From assembly GCA_030390025.1 (NCBI GenBank), contig CM059432.1, positions 134,046,001 to 134,110,000 on the forward strand: a stretch of DNA of 64,000 nucleotides, given 5' to 3'. Under the pieces are notes generated by a model. That model had not been told where the DNA came from, did not search any database, and saw only the letters and a program-made list of their open reading frames with translations. This stretch comes from Squalus acanthias (lineage: Eukaryota). Positions 37,474-49,838 of this stretch are shown piece after piece. The first letter of the stretch is position 1; every line of letters begins with the position of its first letter. A program made the translations under genes and the position numbers.

Positions 37474-37699
37474 CAAAATTTCATTATCTACCAATTTCCA
37501 TTATTCACCAGGAGATTTCTTCCATTATGGCATATAATAAGCATTAAATTAATGCTATTTATACTTTCCAATAGGCTGAGGTTGTCCTTTGCATTTTATG
37601 CGTTCTCCATGTTAGCACCTATTCACGTTACAATTTCCCGTCTTGCATTTGTATCATTGTTCAGTTTTGTGCGATAAAATTATGAGCTGTGTAATAACA

Positions 37700-37855
37700 T
37701 GGATTTACTTGGATGTGCACTTGAAGTGCTGTAACCTACAGGGCTACGGACTAAGAGCTGGAAAGTGGGATCAGGCTGGACAGCTCTTTTTCGGCCAGCA
37801 CAGACACGATGGGCCGAATGGCCTCCCACTGTGCTGTAAATTTCGATGATTCTCT
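37700..37855 (+). mobile_element. CR1 3' end fragment
   Basis: CAGGGCTACGG...GATGGGCCGAATGGCCTCC. Confidence 0.7.
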
Positions 37856-40800
37856 AAGAAATAGCATCTCTCAATATTATACTAAATAAAGACACCCTGT
37901 AGCCAGAAATAAAGGGCAAGTATTGAAAGGGCCATTCAAAATGCAACAGCATTTATATTGGCTTCAGTACCAACTTCACAGGGCTTTCATAGTGGCAAGT
38001 ATGAATAGAGTACTATTGGAGCCCTTAACTCCTGTCAGAGAGGAGTCCTTCATCCCATCAATCTAAGCTGTGTTTGATCCCAGGTCCCCTGAGGTGAAGG
38101 GATAGTGTTCTGACCCACTATGCCACTCAAGTTTCTCTGCATTTGTGACTTGCAGAGCAGTCTGATAACTCGTCGCCTCTAGTGTGATAGTCAATTGATT
38201 CTATGCATTCTCAGTTAAAGCCGCAACACACTGCCTGATTAAGGCAGCAAAGTAACAGTCACTTTGGTGAAGTCTCATTTTAATTTTCCTGCAGCTAATT
38301 ATCAGGTCACTTGGCAGTTCACTGAAAATCTCACAATACTGTCACTAACGGGGAACGGTGTTTATATCTTTTTAAATTGCATGCGGATTGTAATGCTTCG
38401 ATTTGCATGCAAGGCTTACTGTGGCCGTGGTCAGAGTAAAAATGCTAATGTGTAACATAATTTCCTTGGCCATTTTACAATCCCTGTACCTGATGTGTTG
38501 TGAAATAACTTTGCAGTTGGTGCATTGTCATTTATGTCTACTGCTGTCTTTTACTTGTGTGTTTGACTTGCGCTTTCTGAGTTATCATTGTTGACTTGTA
38601 TTTTCGGCAAGCAGTCAGTGTTACAGACTGAACACTGTAGATATCGCACACTAAGTACAATTTTCACGGGTCAGACATTCAAATTAAAACAATAAATGCC
38701 AGCGAGAGAGAGAAAAAAAATCATCAATTATCAATTCAGCATTTCAGTGATTTCCCACTGAGGTTTAATGCCTTTGTCCCATTACTTACCAACATGTGCA
38801 TGCCTCCTTCGAGTCGGATTACTTCTGTGACATCAAGCACACTTCCTGAATCTGTTCTATTACGGAATTGGCATCACTGTGTTTGACTTAAATCCTTCTT
38901 TAGAACTCCATTGTTGTCAGATGGGAGTGAGCTGTGAATGCTGCGGGTGTCCCATCAGCAGTGGGAGAGCTCTGTCTGAAGAAGCCTCTGAATAAATAAA
39001 AACAAGAGCAGACCAGTATATGACAATATTATGACTTCAGGATTAAGTTTATGACAGAATTTTTTAATGGATGAATGTAAGGCCATCTGTTTTTTAAACA
39101 ATAACTAAATGTGGTCTGATTTCTTCCACATCCAGCACTGTCACTGTAAACCGCAATTCTCCAATACGTGTTTGTTTGTGAGCAGTTTTAACAGATGTCA
39201 CTTTTTGGGGGCCTTTGTATCTCTGTGTCACAGCCATGGCCCAACATTGGACCAGAATATAGAGCAGGTATTTGTAAGGTGCTTCAGGGCAAAGGAGGAG
39301 GAGGGGGGGGGACAGATTATCTGACCTAAGCATCACTGGTACGTCCCACTCCAACCCATAGGGCCCCAGGGAGGTTGCCTTGCTATTGCCTGCCTGCAGC
39401 AGTTGAACCTCTTTATCACTCTAATCTGTTAATTGTAGACCCACAATTGCCACATGGTGGCTTTATATTATAAGAGCTAAAATATCCCAGTCTGCATAAA
39501 GAAAAGTGATGTGTGTGTTCCCTTACAGCTAAACAAATGTTATCAATACAGTATTTTTCCGGGGAAACCACATTTTCTCCTCAACCGTACTGCTGCTATC
39601 AGGGAATGCAAGCATTGTGCATTAATGTGGTCATTTTGGGATTAGTTGATTTCCTTTGAAATAGATGAAACACTTCATCAGTTTGTTGGGAATGCAGTTT
39701 CCCCCCTTTGTTACACAGATCCAGAACCAATCAGATTGGAAGGATAAAAGACTTTGACTTACTTGAAAAACCTCCACAAATTCCTCTCTGTTATAATCTC
39801 GGATGCCTCTTTTCTTCCATTTGCTTCCTGACCAAAACAAATGTTGTTTGTTTTCAGACGAGAAGTCAGTATGAAGCAGTGCGCTAATGGGATTCCACTT
39901 TAATGAATTGTAAGAAAAATAAACAGAATTTTTTTAATTTGGAGAAATAATTCTCTCTGTTCTATACTTCCTGGAGAAATAATACCGCGGAAAAGCAGAA
40001 TTTACTTTTGAATATGCAAAAATGACTGAAAAAAAAATACCTCAAGTCAGTTATTCTTTGAGTACCTGATCATTAGGTAGGTGGGAGGCTGCTGATTTAA
40101 AAAATTATAATTTCAACAGAAAGAATATTACCCTTTGTGTATATGAAAATTCAATTTTTTCTCATATTTTCCTTCCTAACTGAAAATAATATTGTGGTTG
40201 GAATATATGTGAGACGAGTAATTGTTCTTCAGTGATGAAATAAATCATTGATGGGTGAAATTACACATGCTCATTTAAACTGTAATGTGATTAGCAGATG
40301 ATGGGATGTGGTTAATATATTGTCTCACAGCTCCGAGACTCCAAATCCTTGACACCACAAATCCATCAACTACAACTGTCTTTAACTTTACAAACGTGAT
40401 TCTGGGTGACAAGGAATCAGATGGCCGAGCCGCTTTTGTTTTCGCAGGACAAAGGCAGAAGGTGAGAGAAATGGATAAGAAGATTTGGCAGAAAGTTAGC
40501 CGGGGAAAAAAAATAAATAGAAGCAAGCTGCTGCTGCAGCGGCTGCAGCTGATTACCACTCATCTCAAAGCTACTCCATCTTCTGCACACTGGGTAAGTC
40601 CTTTATCATGGGCGGCACTGGTTTTGCCTGCAGCTATTGCTAGCCTAAAGGTAAGTGCTTAGATGGCAAAGGGATTCTATCATCGAACTTCATAATAACA
40701 CGGGGTTTGCCACAGCTGTGGTATGACCCTTTGTGATGGAGCAGATAGCACTTAGATGAAATAATGTCCTCCTTTGGTGTGAAATTATCATGTCTATTAA

Positions 40801-41247
40801 TTTAGTCAGACATTGGGTGCTGTGTTTTTGTTACCGTATAATAATTGTGGCGCGGGGGGTGTGTGGGGGGTGGGGGAGGGGCGCGGTGGGGGGCGCGGTG
40901 GGTCGGGGGGGGCTATAGGGAGTCCTTGCTATGCCTACTCCTATCTTTGAGATGGGGAAAAGGCCTGCAAGCTGCCCTGAATGAAATGTTGACATTATGA
41001 GATGTGCCTGTGTGCTTCAGAGATTACAATACAGTTGCGATTGTAAGATTACATGCGATTTTTATAAATAAAGTACCAGCCCCCGCCCCCTACCCCCGTT
41101 AAAAGAAAAGAGCAAACTTGTTTCAGAAATAAAAGAGAAAATATGGAGCAGGTCCTGCAGCAGTTAACGCTTCAAGGGTTAAGATATGGCTGAGTTCATC
41201 GCAAAGTGGCACGGAGTGAATGAAGTTTAGTATTATTGTGATATTCA

Positions 41248-41709
41248 GTGTCAGCTGTGGCTCAGTGGGTAGCACGCTTGCCTCGGAGTCAGAAGGTTGT
41301 GGGTTCAAATCCCACTCCAGGGACTCGAGCACATAAAGCTAGGCTGACACTCCAGTGTAGTGCTGAGGGAGTGCTGCACTGTCCGAGGTGCCGTCTTTTG
41401 GATGAGACGTTAAACCGAGGCCCCATCCGATCTCTCAGGTGGACGTAAAAGATCCCATGGCACTATTTCGAAGAAGAGCAGTGGAGTTCTCCCCGGTGTC
41501 CTGGGGCCAATATTTATCCCTCAACCAACATAACAAAAACAGATTATCTGGTCATTATCACATTTCTGTTTGTGGGACCTTGCTGTGCGCAAATTGGCTG
41601 CCGTGTTTCCCACATTACAACAGTGACTCCACTTCATTGGCTGTAAAGCGCTTTGAGATGTCTGGTGTTTGTGAAAGGTGCTATATAAATGCAAGACTTT
41701 ATTCATTTC
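41248..41709 (+). mobile_element. Deu-domain SINE, full length
   Basis: A-box-like TGGCTCAGTGGG, B-box-like GGTTCAAATCC, Deu core and L2-like tail. Confidence 0.92.
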
Positions 41710-41807
41710 TGTGGTGTTCTGCACTCAGCTGCTTTGAGGTGGGCTCATTCAGAAGGTAGATTTTGCATTGCACAGGTGTCTCTGCATATATTCTGAAGGG
41801 ATATCCT

Positions 41808-41925
41808 AGAACCATCCAGCACAGAAGGAGGCCATTCGGCCCATCGTGCGTGTGCCGGCTCTCTGGAAGAGCGATCCAATTAGTCCCACTCCCCTGCTCT
41901 TTCCCCATAGCCCTGCAAAATTTTC
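41808..41925 (-). mobile_element. CR1 3' tail fragment
   Basis: CAGCACAGAAGGAGGCCATTCGGCCCATCG...TTCCCCATAGCCCTGCA. Confidence 0.75.
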
Positions 41926-41995
41926 CTTTGGCGTCAGAATGTCATACGGTGTCAGAAGGGCTTCAAACTTGCCATGTAGCTAATTTGGTAAAAAA

Positions 41996-42170
41996 AAAAG
42001 CAAAATACCACAGATTCTGGAAATCTGAAATGAAAACAGAAAATGCTGGGAAAAACTCAGGGGTAAAGCAGCATCTGTGGAGAGACCAGACAAGATATTT
42101 CAGGCTTGAACCCTTCATTAGAACAGCAGTTCTGATGAAAGTCCCCTACCCGAAATGTCTTGTCCCTTCC
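41996..42170. mobile_element. Penelope-derived remnant with two inverted degenerate hammerhead motifs
   Basis: Positions 42129-42164 (GTT-CTGATGA-AAGTCCCCTACCC-GAAA-TGTCTTGTC) are the imperfect inverted copy of 42089-42124. Confidence 0.65.
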
Positions 42171-42247
42171 TATTTGGTATCGGAGTGAAATGGTGGTCGA
42201 TTGAGTTTTTCTGAGGAAAATATATAAAAACAATAAAGAATGATGAG

Positions 42248-42715
42248 GCTGCCCAATGGCTCAGAGACTGATTGCACTGCATGATGTGGTACAGATTGAT
42301 GGAAGATTAGAAAAGTACCAGGTTTGATACCAGGGCTATGCTAAGTTAGCTGCCAGGGTAGTGAGAAGGTGTTACACTTGAGATCAGCGTTTCTGGGCTA
42401 GGGAGTTGATGGGTGGTGGGGGGTTTGAATTATCCAGGGTTCCTGCTCCTGACTGTTATCCAGTGATGCCTGCTTCAAAGTCATGGAATAATTATACAAG
42501 GGGAAGCACAGGCTTGGCTGTGATGTGCAGCGCTGAGGGTCACATAGCCAGCCAAAACTCACTGTCTAGACTCAGGCTCACACGTGAGGAATAGACACAT
42601 GGCTAAGGTACCAGAGGACTGTTGGTATCTATGGCAAACCCCAGCATGAGGCAGCACCTGCAGCAGATAACAAAGCAACATCAAAGGGAGAAAAACTGAA
42701 GGGGGGAAAAAGCAA
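42248..42715 (+). mobile_element. Old SINE (LF-SINE-like)
   Basis: Degenerate tRNA-like head (AATGGCTCAG...CCAGGTTTGATACC), with body blocks shared with 7075-7690 and 44140-44840. Confidence 0.5.
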
Positions 42716-42729
42716 AACACAAAGACCTT

Positions 42730-43472
42730 GGGCTAGAAATTGGCCTCCTTTGCGCCTCCCATTATTGCCTCCTGGGGGCAATAACGGGACGCTAACGACT
42801 TACCGACCGGGCGCGGCGGAAGAAACGACTCCCGTTAAATTCAATGGGGGGGGTAGTGCCAGCGGTAAAACTTACCGCCTCGATCTCCTGCACCCCGGAG
42901 ATCGTGACGTCATCCGGTGCGCATCGCCCCGGATCCTAAATTCGCTTCCTAAATCCTAAATTTGCTAAGACCCGGCGAAGCTGCAGGAGGCGTTGTGACC
43001 TCGGCCGGCCGCTTGGAGAGTAATTAAAGGGATTGGTGGTCAGGTAGGCCAACATTTTTTCTCACCCCTTTGTGCTGTTTTTTTTAAATTTTTCATTGCC
43101 ACGATTGATCAGCCCTGCATTCTCTTAGAGAGCTTGGGGCTGCTCCTCGCGGATCGCGGGCGCCGTCGCCGACCCATCCCCGGCCTTCCCTTTAACTGCT
43201 GTGAGCACTGGCCCTTCCCTAGAAGGGAGGGAAGGAGCCTACGAATCCGACAGCACTGCACGGAACATTGATCAGCGCTCTGCCGATACCGCCCGTCTCA
43301 CTCCCTTTAGCGCCCTAAGAGAAGTGGTTAGCGTTTGATTTAGCGCTCCACTTCCCTCTTGGAGCGCTACAACTGAATTTCGCGGGAGCCTCTCATCATT
43401 AGCGCCTGCCGATAATTTTTCCGCTTCCGAAGTTTTAACGCCCCAAACGGGGCTATAATGAATTTCTCCCCC
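42730..43472. mobile_element. MITE family B-related
   Basis: TIRs are GGGCTAGAAATT / AATTTCTCCCCC with TSD CTT. Confidence 0.75.
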
Positions 43473-44139
43473 CTTATCCCTTAGGGCATAAAAATTGGGT
43501 GAAATTTTTTCTATAGTTTATGCAACTTAGAATATTCAGTATGGTTGGGGGCAACAGGGGCAAAAATTGGGCTCAGACTTAACAGCGCCATGGTTAAAAA
43601 TGACCACAATGTTGCAAGAGACATTCAGAGGCACTTCAGAAATTATATTAGGGTGCGTTTATACTGCACTTACAGACAGAATCCTGGTTACATTGCTTGG
43701 CTCCTAGCTAGCTGGGATTTTAACTGTTCCGTTTAGGGGTGTGCATTATACAGGCAATGTATCCAGGCATGTGTGGACCTGTCTCCCAAAATCTAGAAAT
43801 TTGAATGTTTGGAGAGTGCGAAAGGGGAGAATCTCTGCTTTCTAAACATTGAAGTTAAAGCTCGGTATGTGTACAAAGAATCTAGTAGGGCTCCACCAAA
43901 CCCCCTTCAGCACTTTGCAAATCAGGTTTGACACCATGCTGGATTTACACATCATGTCAGTGTATATATGCCCTTGTATGATCATCGGCCGACATGGAAC
44001 AGATCCCGAAGCAGAAGAATAACACGTGAAATAGGATTTCTTCATTAATTCTCCTGAAATACCCAACACACCTTGCTCAAGAAGCTGTGTCATCTAATCT
44101 AAGTGCTGTAGGGCTCCATGACTATCTCAACCCATTCGT

Positions 44140-44840
44140 CCAGTGAGCAGCAGGGTGATGCAGACCAGATGAAGGTTCCAGTTTTGTTTCCCAGTCTGTG
44201 CTGCACTAGATGATCCCAGCCTGGACGACAGTAAGGCTGCTCCTTATTGACCTCCAGTGACCCCCCCCTCACCCCCCCCCCCCCCCCCCCACTGGCTGAA
44301 GGGGAAAATCATTCGGAGTCGACTGCTACCCAGTCTGCCCTTTTGCTGACAGGGTTCTGCCCAGCTGTGAAGCACTCCGCGGTTAGATAGTCTGCCGGCA
44401 CTAACCGTCAAAACTTGCATGCGAATAATGGCCACCTGCGTAGTGTAGTGGTTATGGTACTGGACTAGCAACTCAATACTTGTGAGTTCACAATCCTACT
44501 ATGACAAGTTGTGAAATTGAAGTCAATGAATCCGGAAATTGATGGGCAGAATGATCATCAAAGCTACTGGAGTTTTGTAAAAAAAAATATCCAAATGGTT
44601 TGTTACTGTTTTTCTATGTGACTCCAGCCTTGCAATATGTGGTTGATTCGTAATGCCCTCTCCACAAGGACTGCAGTTCAAGGAGAAGGGGCACAACCTT
44701 CTCAGAGCAACTAGGGAGATGTGAGAAATGTGGCCTTACGAGCAGTGCCCACCACTCGAGATCATACAATAAAGGAGGGCGTCAGGTGCCCATGGAACTG
44801 TACCCCAGCAAGGAGTCAAAACCTGCAGGAAAGGAGAGAA
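44140..44840 (+). mobile_element. Old LF-SINE-like copy interrupted (~44440-44775) by a second tRNA-derived SINE
   Basis: The outer blocks match 42248-42715. The inner insert begins GTAGTGTAGTGGTTATGGTACTGGACTAG (A-box-like) and ends ...CAATAAA. Confidence 0.5.
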
Positions 44841-45425
44841 GCAATATGACAAGGAAAAGAAGTGTAAGTGCATTATGTCTAGTTAAGTTTTGTGATATTG
44901 TTGGCTGCAGAAATGCATATTAGAATGACTGCCTCTGATCTGCGTGAGTGTCAGGTGGAGAAGTACTTTGTTGCAGCTCAGCCCTGCTTCTGGCGAAAGG
45001 CGGTGGGGGAGGGTGGGGTTCTGGAAAGTATATCCTGTTGATCTGGATTTTCTGTGAGACATTTGAATTTGTAAGATTGATTCTATTCATATCCTTATAA
45101 TTCTGCTTTAGGACAGCAAATATAACCTGCCTACAAAAACACGGAACAGTGTTATTTCCCAGCTGTAATGTTGCAGTGATGGCATCACAGAATACTGAAG
45201 GTAAGTCCACAATCGTCGCTTCCAGCGGGGAGCCACATTCACAAGGACCACAGGTCTGTCAGTTAGGACCATAGTGTTGTCACCCATCTCCAACCTATGA
45301 CCTATGAACCCTGCAAGTCCAACTCTCCATTGGAAGCATGGGAGTGCAAAATTCGCCTTATAATCCTCCAGTGATTATGTCATAAGTAATATATAAATGT
45401 TATAAATAACACCGCAATCTACTTA

Positions 45426-45873
45426 TGTCAGCCATGGCTCAGTGGGTAGCACTCTTGCCTCTGATTCAGGAGGTTGGGTTCATAGTCCCACTCCAGAGAC
45501 TTGAGCACAAAAATCTTGGCTGACACTCCAGTGCAGTACTGAGCGAGTGCTGCACTGTCGGAGGTGCTGTCTTTTGGATGAGATGTTAAACTGAGGCCCC
45601 GTCTGCTCTCTCAGGTGGACGTAAAAGATCCTATTATTTCGCTGGGGAGTTATCCCCGGTGTCCTAGCCAATATTCACCCCTCAATCAACATCACTAAAA
45701 CAGATTATCTGGCCATCATTGCTACTTGTGGGAGCTTGCTGTGCACAAATTGGCTGCCGCGTTTCCTACATTACAACAGTGACTACACCTCAAAAAGTAC
45801 TTCATTGGCTGTAAAGTGCTTTGGGATGTCCTGAGGTTGTGAAAGGCGCTACATAAATGCAAGTCTTTCTTTC
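45426..45873 (+). mobile_element. Deu-domain SINE, full length
   Basis: Head, core and tail ending in AAATGCAAGTCTTTCTTTC. Confidence 0.92.
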
Positions 45874-45916
45874 TATTTTATTTATATAATAGATATCTAG
45901 CTATTTATAACATATT

Positions 45917-46597
45917 GGACCAACATTTGCGATCGGAGGCAGACGCCTCCGACCTGCAAATATTCTACGAATGTACCTGGTGGTCCGGGGAATACGGAGG
46001 CTTGCGATCCTGGGCCTCCCGGGTACGCGCGGGCAGAGCCCCACGTATCCCAGGGACGCAGGCGGTTCGTAGGCGCCCCTGGGATCACGTGGGCCGACTC
46101 AACCAATAAAAGAAGGGAATCCCCATTCATACTTTTGACAGTTCTGTACGTACGGAACTCCAATAAGTATGAATGGGATCACTTAAAAAATACACCAACA
46201 TATGAAATACATTTTTTTTTAAATTACATATTTAAAATTAATTAAAATGCCATTTAATTAAATATTTTAACAAAAATTTAATTAAAAAAAAATATTTGTT
46301 TTTACAGGGCTAAAAATAAACTTACCTTATTGAAGAGTATTTTTAATTTATAAATGAGTGATAAAATGTTATTTTTCTATTTTTTAAAACTCTTATGCTG
46401 GTAAAAGCAGGCCGTACTCCTGCTTTTACCAGGTGTAAGAATTTGACAGGCATTCAGCGGGCGGAAGTTGGGCAAATAGCTCACGGAGGCCCTTTTCCCG
46501 GGAATGCGGAGGATCTGTCAAGAGAATCTTGACAAATCGCAAGTGGCGGGTTTTAGCGTACCTCGTATGCACCCGTCGGGGTCGCAAAATACGGCCC
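45917..46597. mobile_element. Harbinger-type MITE family A, copy 3 (inverted relative to copies 1-2)
   Basis: Ends are GGACCAACATTTGCGA / TCGCAAAATACGGCCC with TSD ATT. It is reverse-complement colinear with 4270-5033. Confidence 0.85.
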
Positions 46598-47220
46598 ATT
46601 AGGTTGTGGGACAGAATACAAGAAAAAAAATTAATATAGGCTCAAATGAGAATAATTTCTTGCGCTTTGGTGTCATGATGTGTGACATCGTGTTAAAGAG
46701 ACACTCTTCAATGGGAATGGTGAGCAAACATTTTTTAAAATACGTGTCAGTACCGCAGTGACATGGCTTACTCTTGACGGCAGCACAATGAAAGTTATGC
46801 ATGGCTGTTTGGACTGTTCTTCCTCTCAGGTGACAAAGGCAGCGGGCGGGGGTGGGAGGGGGTTAATTTTCAACTCTGCTGTAGTATCTCGGAGGAGCGG
46901 ATCGCCCACCCTTTGTTGAACCGGCCCAATATGCATTCCATTCAAATCAGTGGGATGAAAATCAGGCCTGTTCTACAACAGGCGGGAAATTGACTCCACC
47001 GGGTTACTGCAAAGTTAAATGATTACCCCAATGTCTCGTTGACTCCTGACTCAGATTGTTCTCTTGTCATCATTCCCACCTCTCTATTATTTTCCGTTTC
47101 GTAACCCTGGCAATCATGTGGCTACATTACTCTGTAGTGATCTCATCACATGTCACAATTTTCAACGAATTTCAGCTCTGCTTTTCACTGTCATTAGCCC
47201 TGTAGCTGCACTACACACAC

Positions 47221-47575
47221 ACAACAACAACTTGTATTTAAATAGCACCTTTATCGTAGTAAAAACATCCCAAGGCGTTTCATAGGAGCGCCATCAGACA
47301 AAGTTTGACACCGAGCCACATAAGAGATATTAGGACAGGTGACCAAAAGCTTGGTCAAAGAGGTAGGTTTTAAGGAGCGTCTTAAAAGAGGAAAGAGAGG
47401 TAGAGAGGCAGAGAGGTTTAGGGAGGGGATTCCAGAGTTTAGGGCCCAGGCAGCTGAAGGCACAGCCGCTAATGGTGGAGTGATTAAAATCGGGGATGTG
47501 CAAGAGGGCAGAATTGGAGGGGTGCAGAGCTCCTTGATGGTTGTAGGGCTGGAGGAGGTTACAGAGATAGGGAGG
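47221..47575 (-). mobile_element. L2 LINE 3' fragment
   Basis: (CAA)n tail and the reverse complement of the L2 ORF2 end. Confidence 0.88.
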
Positions 47576-48238
47576 TATAGACAGAGATAGAGATATATAT
47601 AATATACATACACATATATTTTACATATATATATAGGAATATAGTTACAGGAGTAGGACATTCAGCCGTTCAAGCCTGTTCTGCCATTTAGTGAAATCAT
47701 GGCTGATGTGTATCCTAACTCCATCCACCCACCTTGGCTCCATGTCCCTTAATACCCTTGGCTAGCAAAAAATCTATCGATATATATAATTTAAAAATTG
47801 TAAGGAATGAGCAGAGCTGTATTTCAATCTTAAGAGTTCAGATGACATCTATGAATCATGCAGGCTTTGCTTTAATTGTTCACGATGTTATCTCCCTCGC
47901 AGGCATCCAGAATTCTAGAAATGTTTAATTTGCAGTTTTTTGCAATAGTAAATGTTGGCATGCAGTAACTGTTTGTGATGTCACTTTCTGCAGCCTAGAC
48001 TCAAATGGCACAGCTGTAAAAATGATGCAATCTGGCATCTGCCCGGGAACCGGAAACTGCACCAGAAATGGCACCGAGCATCGAGCCTGGCGGTGAATGA
48101 GTTAAGTGCCACTGCCTCTGCCGAGAGGTTGTGTGAACTCTGCCAGCGTTAGTAACAAGACAAGACAAGCTGCAATTGGTTAGAAAGAAAACTACAGCAT
48201 ATGGGAAAGAGACCACAGCACGGTTTTTACAGTCAGAC

Positions 48239-48275
48239 TTTATATAAAAATAAAACTACATTTCCCATGCGGCAC
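48239..48275. promoter_or_regulatory. TATA-like tract next to a ZNF143/SBS-like motif
   Basis: TTTATATAAAAA at 48239-48250 and ACTACATTTCCCATGCGGCAC at 48255-48275, in TE-poor sequence. Confidence 0.3.
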
Positions 48276-49838
48276 CAAACTTGCAGTGTGCATGCTCAGG
48301 CATGACTTCCATTAACAGATAAACTTAAATCTGGCTTGTGACTTTTGTGCTGTCATGAGTCATAAATTCTATTTAAGAAAAACAGGTTTGTATGTGAGCA
48401 TAAGGGTGAGGCATGCCTGAGTAAGATAATCAAAAGAATCCAATCAAATGTCAGCAGAACTTTACTTAATGTCATTTGGGTCAAAAGAGTTTCTCTTGGC
48501 GCTCTTCATTGACTTCTACTTTGCTTACTTAATTTGAAGTTCATAACAGATGACATAATGCATCTACTGCAGCAAAAGTCTTCAACTGTGGGAAGGCCTC
48601 ACTCTCAACAGATTCATCTGTGTACAAATTGAACAACAGAGCTGTCATTTGGAAGCTAAGCGGTGATCTAAACCTGAATGAGCTCACCAAGCAAGAGCTG
48701 GAAGTGAGATTGGGATCATCTTATTCATTCTTTGTGTAATTGGAAGTTCATGTTTTGTTACAGCAGCACAGGACAGGAATGCTAGGGCCAGGCTTTTAGC
48801 TCTGTGTACTCATTCGAGGTTTACTTGAATTGAGCTTTCAAAAACAAATGATCAATTAAGAGGCAGAGAGGAGAAAAGCTCGACATATGAGACCATCTGA
48901 TGTAAAAGTCAGCAAAGCTGTCATAGTTCTTTGTCAAAGCAAAATCTGTCTGAATAGTATTATTAATTTAAATGTGACCTCCTGCTTGAGCTGGATACAT
49001 ACACGCTCTGAAGAACTTCCCAACAACCCTTTCTAAATCTTATTAAGAAGACCCACATCTTTGGTCACAAATAATTTACATCACTATATCCCAAGGGCAA
49101 TTATAATTCATGGTTATTTGCTCATCAAATAAAGTATTTTTAATGCAATTATATATTTTTTCCCTACCTATTTGGGTGTTCCTAATTCAGTTTTAAACCG
49201 TCAGCCTCAATGCAAGTGGCCTGATTGGGATCTCCACTCATGTCCTGTGTCCCTGTGCTGCACAGCGCCTGTGGTAGCCTACAATTCAATCCTGTCTGAG
49301 GTATGGTCTACTTTAGTGACATGGTAACATGTAAATGTTGAGAAGGATCAAATTCAATACAGATCAATATATATAAATCTAATTCCATTAACTGTATAAA
49401 CCTGCTATTTAACTCATGGGTGTGCATCATAAGTAGATCTGAATTGGCATTAAAAGAAAAGGTACGGCCCTATTTTACCATTTTGTGAGAGCTTAATTTA
49501 TAAGTCAGTGTGAAATAATTTTGGTCAGTCTCAACTAGTTGCTAGATCCCATGGGCATGCATCACAAAACTGCCCCTAATTTGGCACTAACTGCCACTCT
49601 TACACAGAGAGCCCACTGGATATCAGGTGTGGGAAATATCACACTGGTGCAACAATAGAATGATACAGCACAGAAGGAGACCATTTGGCACATCGTACCT
49701 GTGCCGGAGGGTGTTCTTCTGAGGTTGGGGCTCAGGCATGTTGTCGGGGCAAACTGGAGGGAGATTTATTCTGCGTCTAACCATGATATACTTGACCTGG
49801 GAGTGCTTGATGTTGACAATGGCTGGCCAAAACAGAAA

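Noticed and set aside
41248..41325. tRNA gene-like A/B boxes (also at 21697, 45426 and 62970-63046)
   Set aside because: These are SINE heads that continue directly into SINE bodies, with no complete cloverleaf or terminator.
41385..41425. Hammerhead-like GGATGAG...TAAAC in the Deu SINE core
   Set aside because: It lacks the exact CUGAnGA and GAAA boxes and a proper stem II.
44920..45210. 96-aa minus-strand ORF with a poly-Pro run as a possible terminal exon
   Set aside because: No recognisable homology and no linked upstream exon; the sequence alone cannot support it.
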